A stretch of DNA of 64,000 nucleotides from Candidatus Eiseniibacteriota bacterium (GTDB lineage: Bacteria > Eisenbacteria > RBG-16-71-46): assembly GCA_963717935.1 (NCBI GenBank), contig CAVQXP010000004.1, positions 2,016,001-2,080,000 of the forward strand, read 5' to 3'. Below the pieces are notes generated by a model that was not told the origin of the DNA, ran no database searches, and worked only from the letters and a program-made list of their open reading frames with translations. This document shows positions 39,195 through 49,437 of the stretch, piece by piece (positions within the stretch are counted from its first letter, which is position 1; each line of letters opens with the position of its first letter). The translations under genes and the position numbers were made by a program.

Positions 39195-40304
39195 ATGTCC
39201 ACGCTCGGCGCTGCAAGGCCTACCCCGTTCACCGTCTACCACCGCGCCCTCGACGCGAAGCTCGTGGAGTTCGCGGGGTTCGAGCTTCCCCTGCGGTACA
39301 CCGGCGACCTGCGCGAGCACCAGTGCGTGCGCAACGCGGTGGGCGTCTTCGACATCACCCACATGGGCGAGTACCACGTTTCGGGCCCCGGAGCGGGCGA
39401 TTTCATCCACCGCATGGTCACGAACGACGTGCTGGGCATGCAGGTCGGCCAGGCGATCTACACGGCCATGTGCCGCCCGGACGGGGGCATCGTGGACGAC
39501 CTGCTCGTCTACCGTCTGCCGGACCGCTGGATGATGGTCGTGAACGGGGCCACCAACGCCAAGGACTGGGCGTGGCTGAAGGAACAGGTGCCGACGGGCG
39601 TCGAGTTCCGGGACATCAGCGACGAGACGGCGCTGCTCGCCGTGCAGGGGCCGAAGGCCGAGCTCGTGCTCCGTGGCCACGTGCCCGACGCGGCGCTCGA
39701 CCTGGGCTTCTACCGCCTCATGGAGGGTGCGGCCTTCGGCGCCCCGGCGGTCATCTCGCGCACCGGCTACACCGGCGAGGATGGCTTCGAGCTCTACTTC
39801 GCTCCGCGCCACGCCGCGCAAGTGTGGGAGGGGCTGATGGCGGCGGGCCGCCCCCACGGTCTACAGCCCGTGGGGCTCGCGGCCCGGGACTCGTTGCGGC
39901 TCGAGATGGGCTACATGCTCTACGGGAACGACATCGACGACACCACCACGCCGCTGGAGGCCGGGATCGGCTGGACGGTGAAACTGAAGAAGGACGCATT
40001 CAACGGGCGCGAGGCTCTGCTCCGGCAGAAGGAGGCGGGGCTCGTCCGCAAGCTCGTGGGCTTCGAGCTCGACGGACGCCGGGTCGCTCGGCACGACATG
40101 ACGATCGAGTCCGGCGGGCGCGCGGTGGGCCGGGTCACGAGTGGCACGTTCAGCCCGAGCCTCGAGCGCCCGATCGGCATGGGCTACGTGGAAAGCGCGC
40201 TGGACCGCCCGGGTGGCACCCTCGAGGTGCTGGCCGGCGGGACGCGCCTCAATGTGCGCATCGCTCCGCGCCCCTTCTGGACGCGGGGCTCGCGCCGCTC
40301 CTGA
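39195..40304 (+). CDS. gcvT: Glycine cleavage aminomethyltransferase
   Basis: FAGFELP..Y, FDITHMGE, DDL.VY, VQGP, SRTGYTGEDGFE, GL.ARD.LRLEMG..LYG. Confidence 0.96.
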   Translation: MSTLGAARPTPFTVYHRALDAKLVEFAGFELPLRYTGDLREHQCVRNAVGVFDITHMGEYHVSGPGAGDFIHRMVTNDVLGMQVGQAIYTAMCRPDGGIVDDLLVYRLPDRWMMVVNGATNAKDWAWLKEQVPTGVEFRDISDETALLAVQGPKAELVLRGHVPDAALDLGFYRLMEGAAFGAPAVISRTGYTGEDGFELYFAPRHAAQVWEGLMAAGRPHGLQPVGLAARDSLRLEMGYMLYGNDIDDTTTPLEAGIGWTVKLKKDAFNGREALLRQKEAGLVRKLVGFELDGRRVARHDMTIESGGRAVGRVTSGTFSPSLERPIGMGYVESALDRPGGTLEVLAGGTRLNVRIAPRPFWTRGSRRS

Positions 40305-40314
40305 GGAGGATGCC

Positions 40315-40704
40315 GTGGGCTACCCCGATGACGTCCGCTACACCGCCGAGCACGAGTGGGCCCGGCTCGAGAAGGGCATCGTCACCATCGGCGTCACGTC
40401 CTACGCCACCGAGCAGCTCGGCGACGTGGTCTTCGTCGAGTTGCCGGAAACCGGCGCCCGGCTGGAGGCGCTGAAGGCCTTCGGCGTGATCGAGGCCGTG
40501 AAGACCGTCAGCGACCTCTTCGCGCCGGTGTCCGGCGAGGTGATCGAGCGCAACGGTGCGCTCGCCGACAACCCCGCGCTCGTGAACCAGGATCCGTTCG
40601 GCGAGGGCTGGATCCTGCGCATCCGGCCCTCCGACCCGGCCGAGCACGCGAAGCTGATGTCCAACGTGGACTACGAGAAGCACGTGGAGGGGCAGCACGC
40701 ATGA
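40315..40704 (+). CDS. gcvH: Glycine cleavage H protein
   Basis: YT.EHEW, QLGDVVFVELP, IEAVKTVSDL with the lipoyl Lys, VNQDP.GEGW. Confidence 0.96.
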   Translation: MGYPDDVRYTAEHEWARLEKGIVTIGVTSYATEQLGDVVFVELPETGARLEALKAFGVIEAVKTVSDLFAPVSGEVIERNGALADNPALVNQDPFGEGWILRIRPSDPAEHAKLMSNVDYEKHVEGQHA

Positions 40705-42041
40705 GCTTCGTCGGCCTGACGCGTGACGAGGAGCAGCGCATGCTGCAGGAGATCGGCGTCGCGCGCTTCGAGGACTTGCTCGCGGCGATCCCGAAGGACG
40801 TGCTGCTCGAGCATCCGCCCGTGATCCCCGGGCCGCTCTCGGAGATCGACCTTCGCCGCCTGCTGGGCAAGTGGTCCAGCGAGAACCACGCCGCCGAGAT
40901 GGTCTCCTTCCAGGGCGGCGGGGTCTACGACCACTGGATCCCGGCGGCGGTGGACGCGCTCGCGAACCGCTCGGAATTCGTCACGGCCTACACGCCCTAC
41001 CAGCCCGAGGTCGCGCAGGGCACTTTGACGGCCATCTTCGAGTTCCAGAGCATGATGGCGGAGCTGACGGGCTGCGACGTGGCCAACGCGTCGATGTATG
41101 ACGGCGCCACCGCCACGGTCGAGGCCGCGCTGCTCGCGCGCCGCCAGACCGGACGCAAGCGCGTGGTCGTGGCGGGGATGGTCCATCCGCACACGCTCGC
41201 GGTACTGCGCACGTACCTCGACCCGGTCGAGGTCACGCAGGTCGGGGACATCGCGGGACTCGCGGCCCCCGCCGCCCTGAAGGCGGCCCTCGGGCTCGAC
41301 ACGGCCTGCCTCATCTACCAGCACCCGAACTTCTTCGGCCTGCTCGAGAGCCCCGCGCCCCTGCACGCGCTCGCCCACGACGCGGGTGCGCTCGCCATCG
41401 CGGTCTGCGATCCCATCGCGCTCGCCCTGCTCGAGCCGCCCGGCCGCACCGGCGCCGACCTCGTGGTGGGGGAGGCGCAGTGCCTCGGGAACCCGATGTC
41501 CTTCGGCGGCCCGCTGCTGGGCTACTTCGCCGCGAAGCAGAGCCTGCTCCGCGGGCTGCCCGGCCGGCTCGTCGCAGAGACCGCCGACCGCCAGGGTCGC
41601 CGCGGATTCGTCCTGACGCTGCAGACCCGCGAGCAGCACATCCGGCGCGAGAAGGCCACGTCCAACATCTGCACGAACCAGGGACTGATGGCGCTGCGCG
41701 CCACGATCCACATGGGCCTGCTGGGCCGCCTGGGGATGCGCGAGGTCGCGGAGTTGTGCGTCCAGAAGAGCCACCACGCCGCGCGGCTCGCCGCCGGGAT
41801 CCCGGGCTACGCGCTCGCCTACGAGGCCCCCTTCTTCCGGGAGTTCGTGCTGCGCTGCCCGGTCGAGGCGCGCCGGGTGATCGAGGCCGGCCTCGAGTTC
41901 GGGGTGAGTCCCGGGATCAACCTCGGGCGCTTCCGGCCCGAATGGAAGGACCTCCTGCTGGTCGCCGTGACGGAGCTGCGGGACGCGAGCGAGATCGACC
42001 TCTGGGTCCAGGCCCTGCGCAAGGCAGGGGGTGCGCGATGA
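40701..42041 (+). CDS. gcvPA: Glycine dehydrogenase subunit 1
   Basis: TAYTPYQPE.AQG, NASMYDG, FGGP, LQTREQHIRREKATSNICTN. Confidence 0.96.
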   Translation: MSFVGLTRDEEQRMLQEIGVARFEDLLAAIPKDVLLEHPPVIPGPLSEIDLRRLLGKWSSENHAAEMVSFQGGGVYDHWIPAAVDALANRSEFVTAYTPYQPEVAQGTLTAIFEFQSMMAELTGCDVANASMYDGATATVEAALLARRQTGRKRVVVAGMVHPHTLAVLRTYLDPVEVTQVGDIAGLAAPAALKAALGLDTACLIYQHPNFFGLLESPAPLHALAHDAGALAIAVCDPIALALLEPPGRTGADLVVGEAQCLGNPMSFGGPLLGYFAAKQSLLRGLPGRLVAETADRQGRRGFVLTLQTREQHIRREKATSNICTNQGLMALRATIHMGLLGRLGMREVAELCVQKSHHAARLAAGIPGYALAYEAPFFREFVLRCPVEARRVIEAGLEFGVSPGINLGRFRPEWKDLLLVAVTELRDASEIDLWVQALRKAGGAR

Positions 42042-43498
42042 TCATGCCCCGCCGGCTGTTGATCGAGCAGGGTGGCGCGGGCCACCGGGGCCCGGCGCTG
42101 CCCGCGTGCGACGTGCCGCAGCGGCCGCTCGCCGAGTTGTTCCCGGGCGTGGCCCTGCGGGCCGAGCTGGCGTTCCCGCAGGTCAGCGAGCCCGAGGTGG
42201 TGCGGCACTTCACCGAGCTCTCGACGCTCAACCACCACGTGGATCGTGGCTTCTACCCGCTCGGTTCGTGCACGATGAAGCACAACCCGAAGATCGACGA
42301 GGAACTCGCCGGCCTGGCGGGCTTCGCGAAGGCGCATCCCCTGGCGGGCGACGACGCGACCCAGGGCGCACTGCGGGTCATGGCGTCGGTGCAGCGCCTG
42401 CTCGCCGACATCACCGGCTTTGCCGCGGTGACGACGCAACCCGCCGCGGGCGCGCACGGCGAGTTGACCGGCCTGCTGCTGATCCGTGCGTATCACCGGG
42501 CGAAGGGCGATGGCGAGAAGCGCCGCCGCGTGATCGTGCCCGATTCGGCGCACGGCACCAACCCGGCGAGCGCGAGCCTGGTCGGCTACGAGACCGTGGT
42601 GATCCCCTCCGGCCCCGATGCGACCGTGGACCTCGAGGCGCTGGCGCGGGCTCTGGACGAGCGCACGGCGGCGGTGATGCTCACCGTGCCGAACACGGTC
42701 GGCCTGTTCGAGCCGCGCGTGCTCGACGTGACCAGGCTGGCGCACCAGGCCGGGGCGCAGTGCTACATGGACGGAGCCAACCTGAACGCTCTCGTGGGAA
42801 GGGTGCGGCCGGGTGACCTGGGCTTCGACGTCATGCACATCAACGTGCACAAGACGTTCTCGACCCCGCACGGCGGGGGCGGCCCGGGAGCCGGGCCCGT
42901 GGCCGTGGCCAGCCACCTCGAGCCATTCCTGCCGATGCCGATCGCCGTGGTCGAGCAGGGCGGACGGGTGCGCCTCGATTGGGAGCGCCCGCAGTCGATC
43001 GGCCGCGTGCACTCCTTCAACGGCAACTTCGGCATCCTGCTGAGAGCCCTGGCCTACATGCTCACGCTCGGGCCCGAGGGACTCGCCGAGGTGAGCCGGG
43101 TCGCCATCCTGAATGCCAACTACCTCATGCGGCGGCTGGCGAAGACGTACGACCTGCCGAATCCGCAACACTGCATGCACGAGTTCGTGCTCTCGGGCCG
43201 GGGGCTCAAGAAGCACGGCGTGAAGACCCTCGACGTGGCGAAGCGCCTGCTGGATTTCGGCGTGCACGCGCCGACGGTCTACTTCCCGCTCATCGTCGAG
43301 GAGGCCCTGATGATCGAGCCCACCGAGACGGAGACGCTCGACCGGCTCGACCACTTCGCCTCGGCGATGGAGCGCATCGCCACCGAGGCGGCAGAGAACG
43401 CCGAACTGCTGCAGCAGGCCCCTCACACCACACCCGTGGGCCGCCTCGACGAGGCTCGCGCCAGCCGTGAGCCCAAGCTCCGATGGAGCCTCCCGTAG
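42038..43498 (+). CDS. gcvPB: Glycine dehydrogenase subunit 2
   Basis: YPLGSCTMK, QPAAGAHGE, DSAHGTNPASA, YMDGAN, HKTFSTPHGGGGPG with the PLP Lys, MIEPTETE. Confidence 0.96.
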   Translation: MIMPRRLLIEQGGAGHRGPALPACDVPQRPLAELFPGVALRAELAFPQVSEPEVVRHFTELSTLNHHVDRGFYPLGSCTMKHNPKIDEELAGLAGFAKAHPLAGDDATQGALRVMASVQRLLADITGFAAVTTQPAAGAHGELTGLLLIRAYHRAKGDGEKRRRVIVPDSAHGTNPASASLVGYETVVIPSGPDATVDLEALARALDERTAAVMLTVPNTVGLFEPRVLDVTRLAHQAGAQCYMDGANLNALVGRVRPGDLGFDVMHINVHKTFSTPHGGGGPGAGPVAVASHLEPFLPMPIAVVEQGGRVRLDWERPQSIGRVHSFNGNFGILLRALAYMLTLGPEGLAEVSRVAILNANYLMRRLAKTYDLPNPQHCMHEFVLSGRGLKKHGVKTLDVAKRLLDFGVHAPTVYFPLIVEEALMIEPTETETLDRLDHFASAMERIATEAAENAELLQQAPHTTPVGRLDEARASREPKLRWSLP

Positions 43499-43589
43499 GG
43501 TCGAGACCCACCAGGTGGGAAGGAAGGGAGATTTGGGGCTGAGCGCAGGACGCGCTTCGCAGGAGGCTCGGTCCATCGAGCCGGGCACG

Positions 43590-44039
43590 ATGCCGCCCGA
43601 TGTCCGCGTGGGCTCTCCGGCCACGGTGGAGTGGACCGTCAGCCCATGGCGGGAGGACCCCGCCCGAGCAGCGCTCGCGGTGCTCGCGGCCCTGCTCCTG
43701 GGGTTGTTGGCAGCGTGGCTGCTGGCGGGGGAACGCTTCCTCGCCACGCTCATGGGTCTGGCCGTGCTCGGCGTGCTGGCGCCGGGAATGACCCCGATCG
43801 CGTGCCGGGTGGACGACGATGGTGTGGCGCGCCGCGTGCTCTTCGCCTGGCACCGCAGGACCTGGCCGGAGATCCGGCGGGCCCGGCTGAGTGCCAACGG
43901 GCTCTTCGTCTCGCCGTTCGCGCGGCGCAGCCGGCTCGACCGTTTCCGGGGCCTGTACCTCCCCGTGCCGCGCCGCACGGCGCGTGCCGAGGCGTTGCTC
44001 GAGGCCCTGCGGCAGGAGGTGCAGCGTCATGGCCTCTGA
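43590..44039 (+). CDS. Hypothetical membrane protein (2 TM plus soluble tail; start uncertain)
   Basis: W.V.PWRE.P, hydrophobic hairpin, LSPF..RSRLDRFRG-like tail; overlaps the next gene. Confidence 0.65.
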   Translation: MPPDVRVGSPATVEWTVSPWREDPARAALAVLAALLLGLLAAWLLAGERFLATLMGLAVLGVLAPGMTPIACRVDDDGVARRVLFAWHRRTWPEIRRARLSANGLFVSPFARRSRLDRFRGLYLPVPRRTARAEALLEALRQEVQRHGL

Positions 44040-44400
44040 GACGCCCCCGCTGGCCGCCGAGGATCTGGCGCTGCTCGAGCGCGTGGCCGGGCGTGTGGTG
44101 GAGTTGCGCCTCGAGGTACCGGCGATCCTGACGCTGGAGTCCGTGCGGCCTCTCTCGTTCGTGGCAAGCCAGGCCATGCTCTTCTTCCAGCCGCTGGTGC
44201 AGGCGCTCCTGCGCTTCGGTGACTACCAGCGTTTCGCAGCGCTGGCCGAGCGCCGCGACGCGCTCGAAGCGTTGACCGCGTGCATCGAGCGCCGCGCGGA
44301 GGAGTCCCGGGCCGCGCGCAGGGCGGCACGCGCGGGGGCCGCGAAGGGCCCGGCGGCGGCCTCCGGAGGACCCGGTGGGCGCGCCGGGAAGACGACATGA
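44029..44400 (+). CDS. Hypothetical small helical protein
   Basis: LLERVA.RVV...LEVPAIL.LES.RPLSFV.SQ...FF.P; GGAGG RBS; translationally coupled on both sides. Confidence 0.7.
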   Translation: MASETPPLAAEDLALLERVAGRVVELRLEVPAILTLESVRPLSFVASQAMLFFQPLVQALLRFGDYQRFAALAERRDALEALTACIERRAEESRAARRAARAGAAKGPAAASGGPGGRAGKTT

Positions 44401-46240
44401 GCGGCCGCACGACGCCTCCCCGCCCGGAGGACGTCCATTCGATCCTCGCCACCGACTGCGGGTCCACGACCACCAAGGCCATCCTCATCGAGCGTCGGGG
44501 CACCGCGTACCGGCTCATCGCGCGCGGCGAAGCGCCCACCACGGTCGAGGCCCCGTTCGAGGACGTGACGCGCGGCGTGCTGAACGCGGTGCGCGAGGTG
44601 GAGGAGCTGGCCGGCCGGCGCCTGCTGGATGGGGATGTCATCCTCACGCCGATGCAGCAGGGCGCGGGCGTGGACCTCTACGTCACGACCTCGAGCGCGG
44701 GCGGCGGGCTCCAGATGATGGTCTCGGGCCTGGTGCTGCAGATGACGGGGGAGAGCGCCCAGCGGGCGGCGCTGGGTGCCGGGGCGATCGTGATGGACGT
44801 CATCGCCCTGAACGACGGCCGACGGCCGCACGAGAAGATCCAGCTCCTGCGGCAGTTGCGCCCCGACATGATCCTCCTCTCGGGGGGCACGGACGGCGGG
44901 GACGTGCGGCGCGTCGCCGAACTCGCCGAGTTGCTCGTCGCGGCCGGTCCGACGGCCCGGCTCGGCGCCGGCTACCAGCTCCCGGTGGTCTACGCGGGCA
45001 ACCACGACGCGGCGGGCGTGGTGCGCGATCTGCTCGAGCCCCATGCGGCCATGAAGGTGGTCGCGAATCTGCGGCCCGCACTCGAGCGCGAGAACCTGCG
45101 CCCCGCTCGCGACGCCATCCACGAGCTCTTCATGCAGCACGTCATGGCGCACGCCCCGGGCTACCGCCGGCTCATGAGCTGGTCGCCGGTGCCCGTCATG
45201 CCCACGCCCGCTGCGGTGGGTCTCATGATCGAGCGCCTGGCGCGGCGCGACCACCTCTCCGTGCTGGGCGTGGACATCGGCGGAGCCACCACCGACGTGT
45301 TCTCGGTGTTCCAGGGGAGCGGCGGCGAGGCGGTCTTCCACCGGACCGTCTCCGCCAACCTCGGCATGAGCTACTCGATCGCGAATGTCATGGCCGAGGC
45401 CGGCCTCGAGAACATCCTGCGCTGGGTGCCGTTCCCGGTGGAGGAGGCGGTGCTGCGGAACCGCGATCCGCAACAAGATGATCCGCCCCACCACCATTCC
45501 GCAGACCCTCGAGGACCTGCTGATCGAGCAGGCCATCGCGCGCGAGGCGCTGCGGCTGGCGTTCGAGCAGCACCGGGCGCTGGCGGTGGAGCTCAAGGGC
45601 GTGCAGCAGGAGCGCACGATCTCCGAGGCGCTCCGCCAGTCGGCGGGGGGGGCCTCGGTCGTGGACCTGCTGGAAGTCGGGCTCATCGTGGGCTCGGGCG
45701 GCGTGCTCTCGCACGCCCCGCGCCGCGTGCAGGCAGCGCTCATGATGGTGGATGCGTTCCTGCCGGAGGGGCTCACGCTGCTGGCGGTGGACAGCATCTT
45801 CATGGCGCCCCAGCTCGGCGTCCTCTCGACCGTGCACGAGCAGGCCGCCAGCGAGGTCTTCGATCACGACTGTCTGGTGCGGCTCGGCGCGGTGCTCGCG
45901 CCTATCGGCACGGGGCGTCCCGGACAGGCCTGCGTGACCGTCGAGGTGAGCGGCCCCGACATGACGCCCGTGAGCCGGCGCGTGGCCTTCGGGGAGATGG
46001 CCCTGCTCCCGCTGCCCCCGGCCAACGCGTTCGGCCGCGTGAGCGCGGTGCCCGAGCACGGCTTCGACCTCGGAGCCGGGCGGGGGCGCCCGGTGAGCGC
46101 CCGCGTCCCCGGCGGCAGCGTGGGACTCATCGTGGACGCACGCGGACGTCGGCCCTTCGAGCTGCCCGTCGCCACAGCCCGCATCGAGCGCCTGCGCGCC
46201 TGGCACCGCGCGCTCGCGCTCTATCCCCGGGAGGTCGTGA
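44397..46240 (+). CDS. GlmL (glutamate mutase L)-like ASKHA-superfamily ATPase (apparent frameshift near 45460; 3' end approximate)
   Basis: ATDCGSTTTKA (phosphate-1), TSSAGGGL, LLSGGTDGG, MPTP.AV, GVDIGGATTDVFS (phosphate-2), RTVSANLGMSYS, VGSGGVLSHAP. Confidence 0.82.
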
Positions 46241-46242
46241 GC

Positions 46243-47375
46243 ATGGCGCACGCCTACACGCCCGGGACTCCGGGTGACCGCGCGCACCGTCGTGCGCCGC
46301 GAGCGACGGCTGCCGCTGAAGGGGCACGTCCTGGTCAAGGCTCGGCGACGCCGTCGGCCCCCAGGACGTCGTGGCGCGCACCGAGCTGCCCGGGAACGTG
46401 CAGACCATGAACCTGGCCTCGCGGCTGGATGTCGATCCCGCCCGGGTCCCGCAGGCCCTCCGCAAGCCGCTCGGCTCGGACGTGCGCGCCGGGCGAGGTG
46501 CTGGCCGGGACGCGGGGATTCTTCGGGTTCGCCCGGCGCAGCGTCGTGGCGCCGGCCGACGGCTTCCTCGAGAGCGTCTCGTCCGTGACCGGGCAGCTCG
46601 TCCTGCGCGAGCCGCCGATCCCGGTCGAGGTCAGCGCCTACGTACGCGGCATCGTGGTCGAGGTGCTGCCGGACGAGGGCGTGATCGTGGAGGCGCGCGG
46701 CGCTCTCCTGCAGGGCATCTTCGGTGTGGGGGGCGAGACCTGGGGCGCGGTGGCGCTGGCGGTGGACTCGCCCGATGCCGAGCTGACGCCGGGGCGCCTG
46801 CGGCCCGAACACCGCGGGCACGTGGTCGTCGGCGGCGCGCTACGTCAGCCTACGAGGCCCTCATGCGCGCACGCGCGCTGGGCGTCGCGCGCGGTGGTGG
46901 CGGGCGGCATCGACGACCTCGGACCTGCGGCAGTTGCTGGGGCACGAGCTGGGGGTGGCCATCACCGGCTCGGAGAACCTCGGCCTCACGCTGGTGCTGA
47001 CCGAGGGCTTCGGACGGATCCGCATGTCGGACCGCGCCTGGGACCTGCTCGGCGCTCGTGCCGGCCGCCTGGCATCGGTCAGCGGCGCGACGCAGATCCG
47101 TGCCGGGGTGCTGCGCCCCGAGGTGCTGATCCCCGAGTCCGACCCCGGCACGGCGCCCGTCGAGCGCGACACGGGCGCGGGGCTCGCACTCGGATCGCTG
47201 GTGCGCGTGATCCGCGCGCCGCACTTCGGACGCGTCGGCCAGGTGGTGGAACTCCCATCCGAGCTCAGGAAGCTCGAGACCGAGGCCATGGTGCGCGTGC
47301 TGGTCGTCGCCTTCCGGGAGGACGGGGCGCGCGCCGCTGGTCCCTCGCGCCAACGTGGAGATCATCGCCTCGTGA
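46243..47375 (+). CDS. Conserved hypothetical cytoplasmic protein 'MAHAYTPG' (several apparent frameshifts)
   Basis: Rebuilt across frames: MAHAYTPG, RRLPLKG, VVAPADG...SSVTGQ..LREPP, QGIFGVGGE, LGVAITGSE, LTEGFG, GATQIRAGV.RPE, VR.IR.P.FG, VPRANVEII-stop. Confidence 0.75.
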
Positions 47376-47395
47376 GCCGGGCATCCCCGAAATCG

Positions 47396-47424
47396 TTGAC
47401 AGGGCGGGCGGGGCGTCTTAGGCT
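47396..47424 (+). promoter_or_regulatory. Putative sigma70 promoter for the DUF6754 membrane module
   Basis: TTGACA-N17-TAGGCT; GGAGG RBS before ATG 47494. Confidence 0.55.
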
Positions 47425-47493
47425 TTCCGCACCCGCGTGCCCATTCGCTGCCGGCCGCGGCCTGGGCCCCGCACGTGCAACACGGAGGTCGCC

Positions 47494-48773
47494 ATGACGG
47501 GAGGGACGGCGTGCAACACCGCGCGGGCCTGACGGCCGTGGTCGTGCTGGTGGCGCTGCTCGCGCCGCCCGCCGCGCGCCCAGGTAACCGCCATGAGCGG
47601 AGCGCCGCCGATCATCGTCCCCGAGGCCGCGATCGCGAGCCCTCCTGCGCCGGCGCTCCTCCCGGGCGAGTTGCAGGCCCCCCATCCCGCCCGCAGCCTC
47701 ACCTGGACGGACGCCCCGGACGACGCCGGACGCGCCGTGGACCTGTCCTGGGAGCCGTCGCCCGACGACGACGGGCTTCACGTGCTCGTGGACGGCTATT
47801 ACCTGATGCGCTCGGAGAGTCCGGGCGGGCCCTGGACCCTCGTGGACTCGGTCGCCGCCGGGGTGGCCACCTCCCGGGACCAGTCGGCGAGCCTCCGCCG
47901 CGACGTGGCCTACTTCTACCGCGTGGACACGCACGGCCCGGGCGGCGTCACCCCGGCCGGGAGCGTGACCGGGCCGGCCTTCGCGAGCGTCGCAGTGGTT
48001 CAACCACACGCGCTGGAGCGTGCTGCTGCTGACCATGTTCTTCTTCGGCTTCGTGCTGTTCTTCATCCAGAGCGCGCAGGGCGAGGGAAAGAAGCCCGTT
48101 CCTCCGGCGCATCCCCGGCATCGACGCCATCGAGGAGGCCATCGGCCGGGCGACGGAGATGGGGCGCCCGGTGCTCTACGTGCCCGGCGTGCAGGACATC
48201 GAGGACATGCAGACCGTGCAGGCGCTGATCATCCTCGAGAGCGTCGCGAAGACCACCGCCCGTTATCGAGACGCCGATCAAGGTGCCGGTCTCGTACCCC
48301 ATCCCGTTCACGATCGCGCAGGAGATGGTGAAGAGCGGCTACGTGCACGCCGGGCGCGCGGAACAGTACGACCCGGACAGCGTTCAGTTCGTCTCGCCCG
48401 AGCAGTTCGCCTACGTCGCGGCGAATCACCGGCGTGATGACGCGCGACAAGCCGGCCGCGCACATCTTCCTGGGGGCGTTCTTCGCGGAGTCCCTGCTGC
48501 TGGCCGAGAGCGGGCCACGCGACCGGGGCCATCCAGGTCGCGGGCACGGCGAACGCGAACCAGCTGCCCTTCTTCGTCGTGGCCTGCGACTACACGCTCA
48601 TGGGCGAGGAGTTGTTCGCGGCCAGCGCCTATCTCTCGGGCGAACCGAAGCTCGTGGGCAGCCTCAAGGGCGCCGACCTCATGAAGATCACCATCATCGT
48701 CCTGCTGGTGGTCGGCTGCGTGCTCGAGACGTTCGGGCAGCACGGCCTCACGCAGTGGCTGGCAACGCAATAG
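47494..48773 (+). CDS. FN3-like plus DUF6754-like membrane protein (several apparent frameshifts)
   Basis: Signal peptide; FN3-like L.W..SPDD...GY...RS....Y.YRV; TM; RRIPGIDAIEEAIGRATEMGRP; QFAY; FFAESL.LAE; QLPFFV.ACDYTLMGEE.FAASAYLS. Confidence 0.75.
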
Positions 48774-48783
48774 GAGGCGAGGC

Positions 48784-49434
48784 GTGAAGCGCGAGATCCC
48801 GCTGTTCGTGACCGCCACGATCGGCCTCTTCATGATCCTGTCGTTCTTCGTGCCCCATCAACTGGTGAGCGTGCCCGCGGACTTCCTCCAGCAGAGCGCG
48901 ATCATCATCGTGGCCTTCGGCATCGTGCTGGGCGGGGCGAACCTGCTGCGCGTGAACCTCGAGGCGGTGGTCCGGCGCCAGCCCGACTGGCCGTACAAGC
49001 TCGTGCTCATCGCGGGGCTGGTCGTGACGGTCGCCCTCGGTCTCATCGAGGGCCGCGACTTCCAGGCGCCCGGCACCCGCTCGACCTGGATCTACGACCA
49101 CGTGTACTCCTCGATGAGCAGCGCGATGTTCGCCCTGCTGGCCTTCTTCATCGCGTCGGCGGCGTTCCGCGCGTTCCGGATCCGCACCGTGGAGGCCGCG
49201 CTGCTGGCGGCGGCCGCCTTCATCCTGATGATGGGGCGCGTGCCGCTCGGGGGCGTGCTCACGGCCGGGCTCCCGCGCGAGCTGCGGATCGAGACCCTCG
49301 CGCAGTGGATCCTGGACGTCCCGCAGAACGCCGCCAACCGCGCCATCCTCATCGGCGCGGCGCTGGGCGTGATGGCCACCGGCCTGCGCGTGATCCTCGG
49401 GATCGAGCGCAGCTACCTGAGCGGGGAGGATTGA
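48784..49434 (+). CDS. Conserved hypothetical multi-pass membrane protein
   Basis: About 6 TM; MFALLAFFIASAAFRAFR.R; RAILIGAALG...GLRVILGIERSYL; intact ORF with AGGAGG RBS. Confidence 0.8.
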   Translation: MKREIPLFVTATIGLFMILSFFVPHQLVSVPADFLQQSAIIIVAFGIVLGGANLLRVNLEAVVRRQPDWPYKLVLIAGLVVTVALGLIEGRDFQAPGTRSTWIYDHVYSSMSSAMFALLAFFIASAAFRAFRIRTVEAALLAAAAFILMMGRVPLGGVLTAGLPRELRIETLAQWILDVPQNAANRAILIGAALGVMATGLRVILGIERSYLSGED

Positions 49435-49437
49435 GCC

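Noticed and set aside
44397..46240. Calling this locus a glutamate mutase pathway or mismatch-repair MutL
   Set aside because: No GlmS/GlmE or B12-binding motif in the window; the motifs are ASKHA-type, not the GHKL type of repair MutL.
46200..46280. GlmL-like frame reads straight into MAHAYTPG, suggesting a fusion
   Set aside because: GGAGG RBS, an out-of-frame TGA at 46238 and ATG at 46243 in an indel-rich zone favour two genes; a fusion cannot be fully excluded without reads.
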